From Octopus sinensis (Eukaryota): a stretch of DNA of 33,574 nucleotides. The stretch spans positions 1-33,574 of the forward strand of contig NW_021833308.1 in the NCBI RefSeq assembly GCF_006345805.1. The letters are read 5' to 3'. Below are positions 21,965-33,574 of this stretch, in pieces. Made by a program: the position numbers and the translations under genes. The notes under the pieces are model-generated. The model saw nothing but the letters and a program-made list of their open reading frames with translations, made no database searches and was not told the DNA's origin. Position 1 is the first letter of the stretch. The number at the start of each line of letters is the position of its first letter.

Positions 21965-22318
21965 TGTGTATATATATGTATTATCTGAAAATGTATGTAT
22001 GTATGTGTGTATGTATGTATATGTGTACGAATGTATGTTTGCATACATGGGTATATATGTATTATGTGTATATGCATGTACGTACGCGTTATATATGTAT
22101 GTATGTACGTACGTATGTATAAATGTATTACGTATGTATGCAAGCATGTATATATATATATGTATGCATGTGTATATATATATATATAAATATATATATA
22201 TGTATTATGTGAAAATGTATATATATATATATATCCCTTCTTTCCTGAGCGCCCAATAATACTTTATCTGTTCCACATCCTCGCGTTGTTGTCTTTTGTT
22301 TTCTTGTTTGGATTAACT

Positions 22319-22363
<45 letters not shown>

Positions 22364-22367
<4 letters not shown>

Positions 22368-22677
22368 GCAAGTGTCTTCTGCTATAGCCCCGGGCTGACC
22401 AATGCCTTGTGAGTGGATTTGGTAGACGGAAACTGAAAGAAGCCTGTCGTATATATATATAATATATATGTGTGTGTGTGTTTGTGTGTCTGTGTTTGTC
22501 TCCCTAGTATTGCTTGACAACCGATGCTGGTGTGTTTACATCCCCGTCACTTAGTGGATCGGCAAAAGAGACCGATAGAATAAGTACTGGGCTTACAAAG
22601 AATAAGTCCCGGGGTCGATTTGCACGACTAAAGGCGTTGCTCCAGCATGGCCGCAGTCAAATGACTGAAACAAGTAA

Positions 22678-22711
<34 letters not shown>

Positions 22712-23022
22712 TTATATATAAGCATCTATACACATACACTTTTAGACACTTACGTGTAAGTCGTTTAGTATGTCTAAATGTTGAGTATATGCATCTACAT
22801 ATGTGTGTGTGTATATATGCATATACTCTTTTACTCTTTTACTTGTTTCAGTCATTTGACTGCGGCCATGCTGGAGCAAAGCCTTTAGTCGAGCAACTAT
22901 ATACATATATACGACGGGCTTCTTTCAGTTTCCGTCTACCATATCCACTCACAAGGCTTTGGTCGCGCCTAGACTATAGTAGGAGACACTTGCCCAAGGT
23001 GCCACACAGCCACTCCTGCGCC
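22364..23022. mobile_element. Second inverted SINE A pair (+ 22364-22677, 5'-truncated; - 22826-23022, internally deleted)
   Basis: Tail GCTCCAGCATGGCCGCAGTCAAATGACTGAAACAAGTAAA and its reverse complement lie ~150 nt apart. Confidence 0.75.
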
Positions 23023-23047
23023 TATAATATATATATATATTTATATA

Positions 23048-23101
<54 letters not shown>

Positions 23102-23277
23102 TACATTAATATACATACATTCTCATATATGCATTACATATATAACATTTTTAAAAATTCAAAGGAAAGGCAGACACAGCGATAAACGTGCATGGATGTG
23201 TAGAAGGTTTATGTACACGTATATGTAAGTATGTATATATGTATGTACGTGTTTATGCCTCCCTATATGTATATATA

Positions 23278-23363
<86 letters not shown>

Positions 23364-23458
23364 CTTACGTATATATATATACATACATATATATATACAC
23401 ATATATATACATAAAATTATTAAAATTGTGAATAAGGGTATGTAAGAGATAGCATCAT

Positions 23459-23665
23459 GCTAGACATAGCAGTCAAAACTTCACTCTAAAACCACATTAA
23501 ATGTCCCTACAGCACCAGGAGGGAAGACAAAAAGACAAAATAAACAAACAAAAAAGATAATAATAAACTCGTTTGCTAGTTTACTTTCTCTCTTTCTCCT
23601 CTCCCCTGGTGCTGTGTGAACATTTAATGTGGTTTTAGAGTCAGGTTTTAGCTGCTATATCTAGC
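23459..23665. mobile_element. MITE-like element with ~65-bp TIRs (GCTAGA(C/T)ATAGCAG..CTCTAAAACCACATTAAATGT..CAGCACCAGG)
   Basis: Arms are reverse complements. Single-arm relatives occur at ~19045-19065, 19560-19617 and 32036-32055. No clear TSD. Confidence 0.65.
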
Positions 23666-23763
23666 AGCTAAATTATAATTTTGATAATTATTATCCATGA
23701 GGTTTTCATCCCCATGCAGGCCATTATCATTAGTTATATAAATTTACATATAGGAGTTGCCAT

Positions 23764-24163
23764 AGGCGCAGGAGTGGCTGTGTGGTAAGTAGCTTTCTAA
23801 CCAGCCACATGGTTCCGGGTTCAGTCCCGCTGCGTGGCATCTTGGGCAAGTGTCTTCTGCTATAGCCCTGGGACTACCAATGCCTCGTGAGTGGATTTGG
23901 TAGACGGAAACTGAGAGAAGCCTGTCGTATATATGTATAGATATATATGTGTGTGTGTGTGTATGTGTTTGTCTCCCTAGAATTGCTTGACAACCGATGC
24001 TGGTGTGTTTACGTCCCCGTCACTTAGCGGTTCGGCAAAAGAGACCGATAGAATAAGTAGTGGGCTTACAAAGAATTAGTCCCAGGGTCGATTTGCTCGA
24101 CTAAATGCGGTGTTCCAGCATGGCTGCAGCCAAATGACTGAAACAAGTAGAAGAGTAAAAGAG
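23764..24163 (+). mobile_element. SINE family A, full length
   Basis: All modules present. Confidence 0.85.
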
Positions 24164-24364
24164 AATATGTATATATATATATAACAATAAGGGTCTTTGC
24201 CACAAGTTGATTGACCACATACCGAAAAGACCCTTATTTTTATTGTCATAATTATATAATCTTTTACCGAATATGGTCCTTTTCCTTACCGAAGTGCTAC
24301 TAGGTGAAATTTGTTGATTTTATTAAATTAATTATATTTCACCCTTTTATCTGTAATGATTATT

Positions 24365-24413
<49 letters not shown>

Positions 24414-24994
24414 GTACCTATGTAGTAGGCATAAATGCATATATATGCAGGCATATACATCTATATTTATATGAATATATATACAAATGCTGACAAGTGT
24501 GTGTGTGTACAGATTTGATAATGATGATGATTATGATGATAGTCGTTTAATGGCTTAGATTAACAATCGACCTTTTGTTTGGCAAAACAAATTTTGTCAA
24601 GTCAGGTTTAAAGTCAGCAGGTGATAAACACTATTCAACAATTACAAAATAAGTGACACACCCAACCATTATACACACACACACCTAACCATTACACACA
24701 CACACACATACACACACACACACTTAACCATTACACACACACACATCCAGCTAATACATTGTTACTAATGTTTAGAGCCCTGCCCAGGAGCTTGACATTC
24801 TGCATTCAAATTCCACCAATGTCAACTTTGACTTTTATGCTTTTAGGGTCGATTAAATAAGGACCAGTTGAATATGGAGGTCGATATAAAAGGAAAGAAA
24901 ATCTCATCGAAGTTGCTTCTATGTTTCTTATCAAATGTCCGTACAGTAATTGTTTTCAGAACCTTCTTAACAAGCTGCAAACCTTATATTTATA

Positions 24995-25610
24995 TATATA
25001 TATTAAATTAGAGATAAAATCTATTAGGCAAATCTAACAGTGAAAAACATAAGCCAATACATAAAATTGATTTAAAAATATTAAAAGTTAAAATTTAAAA
25101 AATTATTGAATAATTTAAACTTATAATGTTTAATATATATACAAACACAATATATATCATATATATATCATGGTGTGTGTGTATGTATGTATATTTTTAT
25201 ATTTATATATTATTTTATTTATTAATTTATTTATTAATTAATTAATTTATTTATTTATTATTTTATTATATAAATATCAAAAGTATTAAAAGTTTTAATA
25301 ATTTTGATACTTATATAATAAAAAAAGAAAAATTAATTAATGAATAAAATAATATATAAATATAAAAATATACATACATACACACACCATATATATATAT
25401 ATATATATATGTATATTTGTATATATATATTTAAAATTTATAAGTTTAAATTATTTAAATAATTTTTAAATTTTTTTTTTTATTTTAAATTTTTTTTATG
25501 TTTATTTTTTGATCCCTTCATTTTAGTGATTGGCTTATAGTTTTTCATAACATTTGATTAATCTAACTTAATAGTGTTTTTTATACAGAGTTGAATTTTA
25601 ATATAATATT
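24995..25610. repeat. Second AT-rich long inverted repeat, paralog of 14040-14584 with a different, self-complementary centre
   Basis: Same arms. Centre TATCAAAAGTATTAAAAGTTTTAATAATTTTGATA. The right arm is more degraded. Confidence 0.8.
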
Positions 25611-25806
25611 ACTATAAAATTGGATTTAATCCTAATTTTTATTAGTACGTTATTGCCTCCTTCCCTAATATTATATATATATATATATTAGACGGGCTTC
25701 TTTCAGTTTCCGTCACCAAATCAATTCAAAGATTTTGATGGCCCAACGGCACAAGTAAACCCTTGCTAAATAGCCCTCACCACGCTCTTTCTCTCCTTCT
25801 CTCACC

Positions 25807-25841
<35 letters not shown>

Positions 25842-27390
25842 CTGGTGTGTTATGTCGCCGCGTAACTTAGCTGTTCGGCAAAACAGATCGATAGGATAAG
25901 TACTCGGCTTACAAAGGATATGTCCCCGGATTGATTTGTTTGACTTGTGAGAAATGAGAGACGTATGTGGGTGTATATAGAGTTGTTTACTGGGATAGAA
26001 GTATAATTTTTTTTTTTATAAAAGCGACTTCAGTTGTTAATGTTAAGTCAAGTGTAACAACACTCTTCGCTTATTGTGGCATAAGTCACACAAACACCTT
26101 TTCTTCGATTCGCACACACACAGGCACACCTGTTTCATACTAACAATTACTACTAGAGACACACTCAATGACTTGTTAGTAATATTTATAACAATTCCTT
26201 GGTAATTTACATTCTGGGTTCGAATCCCGTCACCTTTTATCATTTGAGGGTCGATACAATTCCCTCAAGATTAACTTTGGCGTCGATATAATTAATTAGC
26301 AAAAGTTAAAACCTTATAATTGTAGTAAGCAGAATTATTTGTAGCTCGAGGTGCACCTTGTAGATGATTATTCTATTTATATAAGGACGTAGGGTGTAGG
26401 CGCGTGGCTTAGTGGTTAGGGTGTCAGCATCATGATCGTATGATTGTGGTTTCGATTATTGGACGGGGCGACGCGTTGGGTTCTTGAGCAAAACACTTCA
26501 TTTCACGTTGCTCCAGTCCACTCAGCTGGCAAAAATGAGTAACGCTGCGATGGACTGGCGACCCCTCCAGCTGGGGAACACATACGCCATTGAAACCGGG
26601 AAACCGGGCCCATGAGCCTGTCTAGGCTTTAAAAGCGCGAATTTATTTTGTAGAGGCGCAATGACTCTGTGGTTAGGGGAGGGGACTCGCGGTCGGAGGA
26701 TGGCGGCTTCGATCCCCAGACCGCGTGTTGTGTGTGTTTATTGAGCGAAAACACCTAATGCTCCACGAGGCTCAGGTAGGGGGTGGTGGCGAAGCCCTGT
26801 TCTACTCTTTCGCCCTAACTTTCTCTCATACTTTCTTCCTGTTTCTTGGGTAACGTTGTGATGGACTGGCGTCCCGTCCACCTGGAGAACACATACGCCA
26901 CATAAACCGGGAAACCGGGCCCATGAGCACTGACTAGGCTTGAAAAGGGCGCATAAACAGATACGGACAGAGAATGGAACAGAGAGAACGAGTGTGAGTG
27001 AAGGAGAGGGAGAGTGTGAGTGTGGGCAAAACAATCTCATAAACCCCACTCCCAAGGAAGAGAAACTATGAGTTACTTCTACACGTCCTCTTGGAGATTA
27101 TGGGAAGTTAATTTCACATGTGCCCCCGTCCAACTCCCGCATCTGGAGCCCACTTCTCTCTTGACTTCCATACCTCTGTATCTATTCTTGGTCTTTACTT
27201 TGCACGGGTTGCACCCTATAGTATTTCTGTTTTACTTCCATCAAATCAGTTTCCACCATGGTAACAAGCTCCTATCTTCTTCCTTACTAATTCTTCAGAT
27301 CCTTTCAACCAAAACAGCTTCGTCATCAACATTTATTCTTGTTAGATAGTAACATTATCTTTAATGATATTTATATGTCTTGTATATATA

Positions 27391-27786
27391 GGCATCGGAG
27401 TGGCTGTGTGGTAGGTAGCTTGTTTACCAACCACATGGTTCCGGGTTCAGTCCCACTGCGTGGCACCTTGGACAAGTGTCTTCTACTATAGCCTCGGGCC
27501 GACCAAAGCCTTGTGAGTGGATTTGGTAGATGGAAACTGAAAGAAGCCCGTCGTATGTATGTATATATATATATGCGTGTGTGTTTGTGTCTGTGTTTGT
27601 CCTCCTAGCATTGCTTGACAACCGATGCTGGTGTGTTTATCGGCGAAAGAGACCGATAGAATAAGTACTGGGCTTACAAAAGAATAAGTCCCGGGGTCGA
27701 GTTGCTCGATTAAAGGCGGTGCTCCAGCATGGCCGCAGTCAAATGACTGAAACAAGTAAAAGAAACGAATAAAAGAAAAGAAACGA
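27391..27786 (+). mobile_element. SINE family A, present only in C copy 2
   Basis: Empty site at ~16865-16876 in copy 1. Flanked by ATATATAG (27384-27391 / 27787-27794). Confidence 0.85.
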
Positions 27787-27821
27787 ATATATAGATATAT
27801 GTGTGTGCGTGTACATATATA

Positions 27822-28728
27822 CTACTATGGCACTCCGTCGGTTGAGACGAAGAGGTTTCCAGTTGATCCAGTCACCGGAAGACTACTCGTGAAATTCTTT
27901 TCTACTCTAGGCACAAGGTCCGAAATTTTAGGGGAGTGGGCCATCGATTAGATCTACACCAGTACGAAACTTGTACTTGATTTATGCAGCCCGAAACGAT
28001 GAAAGGCAAAGTCGACCTCGACGGAATTTGAACTCAGAAAGTAAAGACAGACGAAATACCTATTTCTTTACTACCAACAGGGGGCTAAACACAGAGGGGA
28101 CAAACAAGGACAGACATAGGTATTAAGTCGATGATATCGACACCAGTGCGTAACAGGCCCTTATTTAATCGACCCCAAAACGATGAAAGGCAAAGTCGAC
28201 CTCGGCGGAATTTGAACTCAGAAAGTAAAGACAGACGAAATACCTATTTCTTTACTACCCAAAAGGCGCTAAACACAGAGGGGACAAACAAGGACAGACA
28301 AACGGATTAAGTCGATTATATCGACCCCAGTGCGTAACTGGTACTTAATTTATCGACCCTGAATGGATGAAAGGTATAGTCGACCTCGGCGGAATTTGAA
28401 CTCAGAACGTAGGGGCAGACGAAATACTGCTAAGCATTTCGCCAGGCGGGCTAACGTTTCTGCCAGCACGCCGCCTTAGACTCTTCGTGAAATTAACGTG
28501 CAAGTAGCTGAGTACTCCACAGACACATGTACCCTTAACGTAGTTCTCGGTGAGATTCAGCGTGACACATAGTGTGACACGGCTGGCCCCTTTGAAATAC
28601 AGGTACAACAGAAAAAGGAAGACAGCGTGAGAGAAAGTTGTGGTGAAATAATACAGCAGGGTTCGCCACCAGCCCATGCTGGAGCCTCGAAGAGCTTTAG
28701 GTGTTTTAGTTTAATGAACTCTTGCGAC
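27822..28728 (-). mobile_element. SINE family C interrupted by a family M trimer (27897-28477)
   Basis: Same TSD as 16961/17375. Three B-boxes at ~28023, 28207 and 28391 (184-bp period). Confidence 0.8.
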
Positions 28729-29301
28729 GAGTTGGACTTCATTTTACATTCCTTGGCTAGAATGACTCACTCTGCGATGGACTGCTGTCCCGTCCATATG
28801 CGAAATATATAAGCCAAGGTAGACTGTTCCCATGCGTCTAGGCGCCAATGGAAGTAACTTTATTTACTATTTATATATGTATATATATATGTATGTATAT
28901 GTGCGTATATATGTATGTATTTGCTTGCTTTTTAAGTCTAGTAGTTATTCTATAGGGAGCTTTTGCCGAACCGCAAAGTTACGGGGACCTAAACACAACA
29001 GCATTGGTTGTGAAGCGATAGTGCGTTGTTAAACGCTAGCACAAACACATATATATACATCCGATGGGCTTCTTTCGGTCAGCCCGTGGCTATAGAATAA
29101 GACACTCGCCAAAGGTGCCACGCAGTGAGATTGAACTCAGAACAATATGGTAGGTAAGCAAGCTTCTCACCACACAGCCACGTGTCACTTTTCAGCTTTC
29201 TATATATGAATGTATATATTTGTATATATAAATATATTATGAGCACAAGTACATCGAGAAATATATATATTATATATATATATATATAGTGTGTATATAT
29301 A

Positions 29302-29339
<38 letters not shown>

Positions 29340-29487
29340 TGTATATATATTATATATTATATATATATATATATATATGGTGTATATATATATTATATAT
29401 ATTATATATATATATATATATATATGTGTGTATATATATATTATATATATATATATATATAATATATGTGTGTATATATATATATAT

Positions 29488-29545
<58 letters not shown>

Positions 29546-29617
29546 ATGATATATATATTATATATATGTATAATATATATATATATATATGTATTATATA
29601 TATATATATATATATGG

Positions 29618-29658
<41 letters not shown>

Positions 29659-29668
29659 ATAATATATG

Positions 29669-29727
<59 letters not shown>

Positions 29728-29731
29728 TATA

Positions 29732-29777
<46 letters not shown>

Positions 29778-29799
29778 TATATATATATAAATATATATG

Positions 29800-29830
<31 letters not shown>

Positions 29831-29848
29831 GACATATATATTTGCATG

Positions 29849-29879
<31 letters not shown>

Positions 29880-29909
29880 TAATATATATATATATATATA
29901 TTTCATATA

Positions 29910-29949
<40 letters not shown>

Positions 29950-30104
29950 CATACTTGCATGTATATAAATATATATATATACATACACATATACATACAT
30001 ATATATATATGCACACACACATATATATATATATAAGTAAATATATAGATATATATATACACACATATATACATGTATATATATACACACACACATATAT
30101 ATAC

Positions 30105-30138
<34 letters not shown>

Positions 30139-31354
30139 TGTTAAAATCATCATAGCATATTTCTAAGGTGTTGTTTTGCTGCTATTTCTAGCATTTAAAT
30201 TGTCTTCCACAACGTCCTTCTTTAGTGGGAGAGAGTCAGACAGAGAGTGAGAAAGAGTCAAAAAGAGAGTGAGAATGAACATTGAACAGCTTGATAGAGA
30301 GGGGGATTAGATAAACTAGATTGTCTACCTGTTTTATTCTCTCCCTCACTCTAAGTCTAATTATATATGTATCTATTTCTCCCTCTGCCTTTCATTCAAT
30401 CTATTTCACCCTCTCTTGATCTCTTATTCTATTTCTCTTCCACTCTCTCTCTCTCTATCATTCTCACCCACGCATTTTCTTGTCGCTTTCCATAAAATTT
30501 TAAACATGGAGAGTAGACAAAAATTTAGATTTCAATACATATGGCTTCTATTCGTCTGAATTGTTCAAACACGCCCCAGCTGGAACATGTTATATACATA
30601 TAACACATATAATTATACACAAATCATGTATATATATACACGAAATTATTAAAATTATGAAAAAGAGTATCTAAGAGATACCATCATACTAGACATAGCA
30701 GCCAAAACTTGAAGGGGATCCAGATGCAGAAAGAACGTATCAATAATATACACACACACACACACACACACATGCACACACAAACGTACACACACACACA
30801 CATTCAGTTTTAATTTATAGACACACATTAATTTACAGGGTACAACCTAAGACGAGTGCGCGCAATCGTGTACAAGCGCATCCGAGGAAGCTAGTCGTGA
30901 CTAGTCGATCCTTACTTTGTGTTTTTGTGTTTCATTTACTTTGCTAGGTAGTCGTTGTAGGATCGACTAGTCACGACTATCTAGCGCGCGTGCGCGAGTA
31001 AACGAGTGCGCGCACCAGGACCACTCTTCTTAATTAAATGGTATCTAGTTTCCCCAGCGGAGAAATCCACCCTTGTTAAAACATCTACACAAAACCCCAC
31101 CATTTCAGGCTGACTTAACAGAGACCCTACTCTGTGTTACCTCCATCTCTGTCCCCCACAAAGCGGCCACGCCCTTGTAAGTTTCGTAACGAAAAACAAA
31201 AGCATTAATTTCCTGATCTCATAATTGGATCACGCACTTTTACGATAATTAATATCGTATCATTAATTTATAGACACACAGACAGAGTTTAAGATGAAAG
31301 GATGTTCATTCAAGCGTTAAATGGTCCCAAATGAAATAAAAAAGCCTGCCTTAC

Positions 31355-31412
31355 CTCAGTTTAGTTTTAAACGGTTGCAACGGATCCGGGGTCCAAATTA
31401 ATTTCAAATTTA
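31355..31412 (-). CDS. Weak candidate exon paralogous to 20454-20520: xNLKLIWTPDPLQPFKTKL(R)
   Basis: ..cttccggcatCAG| and CTGAG|GTAAGG. It has a 3-nt in-frame insertion relative to copy 1 and the same phases. Confidence 0.25.
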
Positions 31413-31489
31413 CTGATGCCGGAAGTAGATTTAAGTTGGAATAGGAGATGGCAAGTAAGTGGAGATAACTCTCGAAATAGAGGCGGGGT

Positions 31490-32207
31490 TGGCGGTGCGT
31501 TAAGTAGCTTGCGAACCAAGCACATGGTTCCGGGTTCAGTCCCACTGCGTGGCACCTTGAGCGAGTGACTTCTGCTATAGCCTCGGGCGACCAAAGCCTT
31601 GTGAGTGAATCTGGTAGACAGAAACTGAAGGAAGCCCCGTCGTAAATATGTACATATATATATATATATATATGTGCGTGTGTGTGTGTATGAATATATT
31701 TGGGAGATGGAAACTGAAAGAAGCCCGTCGTATATAAATATATATATATATACATATATGTGTGTGTGAGTGTGTGTGCCTTTTTGTCCCTCCAACATCG
31801 CTTGACAACCGATGCTGGGGTGTTTACATCCCCGTCAATTAGCGTCTTGGCAAGAACCGCTGGACTTAAAAAGAATAAGTCTTGGGGTCGATTTGCTCGA
31901 CTAGAGGCGGTGCTCCAGCATGGCCATAGTCAAATGACTGAAACAAGTAAAATAAAAGAACATATATAAAAATAAATATATATATATAAATATATATATA
32001 TATACCCTTCAGCCCTTCAAGCAGGGTATCCATACGCTAGAAATAGCAGCCAAAGCTAACAAAACTACGATAACATAACGTACTTAGCGGTTCAGCAAAT
32101 AGAGACCGATAGAATAAGCAATAGGCTTACAAAAAATAAGTCCTGGTGTCGATTTGCTCGACTAATGGCAGCGCTCCAGCATGGCCACAGGTAAATGACT
32201 GAAACAA
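31490..32207 (+). mobile_element. Cluster of SINE family A pieces (left monomer 31490-31642; 3' modules ~31780-31960 and ~32085-32207)
   Basis: Head/CORE and tail motifs as in 1155-1565. Confidence 0.7.
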
Positions 32208-32546
32208 ATCTGTTGCCCGAGGTGCCACCCGGAAACATGTGGTTGGTTAACGAGTTAAAATTAAAAAGAAAAATTATTATCAGAGTTCAAATCTTTGTAT
32301 TTTTTACGTATTTGGCCCCACCCAAAAAATAATAATAATAAAATAGAAAATAAAAAAATAAGTAAGAAGAGAAAATTCTGGAAAAAGTGAAAAAATGAAG
32401 CAGGTGGCGGGATTCGATCCTGAAAATAAAATCTCAAAAATTCATCCCTCTCTCTTAATTTTTACACTTTTCCCGGATATTTTTTCTTTCTGTTTATTGA
32501 AAGATGAGGATCCTGGAAAAATTGTGAAAAAATTTCCATTTTTCAA

Positions 32547-32587
<41 letters not shown>

Positions 32588-32950
32588 GATATATACATAT
32601 ACATGAATATATATATATATATACATATACATGAATATATATATATATACATATCCTTATCGTCCACGCTTCTCCCATAGATTAGGCAAAATTTAGGTAT
32701 TTATTTATAGCTACTAATAACTATTTCTCTCCTAAGAAAGGAATGGCTGCCGCCCGGTTTTCGCGGTGGACCCGCCCCCCCACCCCCAGCACCGGTACAG
32801 GAAGTCCTAAATTTTTCTCATCCTTGTCTCCCTTATACACTCAAAGTCTTACGCCACCCCCACCTCCTTCCGTAAAAGGTAGTGGTCAGTCATTGCAAGA
32901 TATGTTTAGTGTTGTATACGAGGTTTGAACTTAAGTTCCATTGTTTGTCT

Positions 32951-33574
32951 ATGAATACTGCCAAACGCGAGTTTTCTTTTCAGGTACATGACGCTATTAG
33001 GACCAATACCACTTCCACCCCCACCCACAGCCTCAGGGTTGGCACCCTCAACGTCGGCACACTGAAAGGCAGATCTGGCGAGATAGTTGAATTGCTTGAA
33101 CGGAGGTGGGTTGATATATGCTGCATTCAAGAAGTGAGGTGGAGAGGAGGTTCTGCTAGGTTCCTCACAGGCAAAGGACAGAGGTACAAGATTTTCTGGG
33201 CTGGGAATACTGACGGAGTCGGGGGTGTGGGCATGCTTATCGCCGAAAAATGGGTAGATAAGGTAATCGAGGTAGTCAGAGTAAGTGACAGAATAATTAA
33301 GATTAGATTAGTGCTCCACCATAGTTTAGCAACTATTATATCGGCCTATGCCCCTCAGCCAGGGCTGCCTGATGGACAGAAAGACTGTTTCTATGACACC
33401 CTACTGCAGACCACATCATTGACGAACGACAGGGACCTTCTCTTTGTGGCTGGTGACTTCAATGGGCATGTTGGACGACGTGCTGGGGGCTTCCATGGCG
33501 TGCATGGAGGCTACGGTTATGGTTCCCGCAACGAGGAGGGAACCAGGCTGCTGGAGTTCTGCGATGCGAATAGT
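32951..33574 (+). mobile_element. RTE-clade LINE: N-terminal APE-type endonuclease ORF, open to the window end (208 codons)
   Basis: Manual translation from ATG 32951: MNTAKREF..LRVGTLNVGTL..VDICCIQEVRW..GVGGVGMLI..IISAYAPQ..VAGDFNGHVG..GYGYGSRNEEGTRLLEFC. The APE motifs seen (TLNV, QE, YAP, GDFN) are intact and there are no stops. Missing from the ORF track because it has no stop inside the window. Confidence 0.92.

Noticed and set aside
24187-24238. Hairpin AATAAGGGTCTTT...AAAGACCCTTATT
   Set aside because: Isolated 13-bp stem, single copy, no associated motif.
32220-32740. AT-rich stretch with ORFs 32395-32634 and 32442-32678
   Set aside because: Low-complexity, apparently error-prone sequence with no coding signal.
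32741-32830. HDV-like ribozyme in the RTE leader (CCG-GTTTTCG-CGG resembles P3/L3)
   Set aside because: No upstream P1 partner for the following TGGACCC and no convincing P2 were found by hand. An RNArobo/Infernal search would settle it.

Overview
Repeat-dense, AT-rich animal DNA, probably from an octopus or other cephalopod (judged from recalled SINE families and (TA)n/(TG)n/(TACA)n density; not verified). No complete protein-coding gene is present, and almost all ORFs in the supplied track are microsatellite artefacts. Contents: (1) a dead CR1/L2/Jockey-group RT relic at 1-309; (2) an uninterrupted RTE-clade LINE endonuclease ORF running off the right end, 32951-33574, which is missing from the ORF track; (3) many tRNA-derived SINEs in several modular families, two non-autonomous Helitrons, MITE-like elements and two ~550-600 bp AT-rich palindromes; (4) three consecutive tandem duplications (A ~2.6/3.3 kb, B ~2.93 kb, C ~7.9/10.8 kb); (5) short phase-compatible candidate exons of a minus-strand host gene, spliced peptide ...MFPDRWKNVARKLDMKDIEQKIRNGDVEGIQKLVKNDPTI..., possibly ankyrin-like. 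The most interesting signal is a 360-bp-period, highly structured element at 13561-14023. It carries a minimal type I hammerhead ribozyme with the compensatory U3-A8 core variant at the tip of a long rod-like helix, as expected for a retrozyme or Penelope pseudo-LTR.
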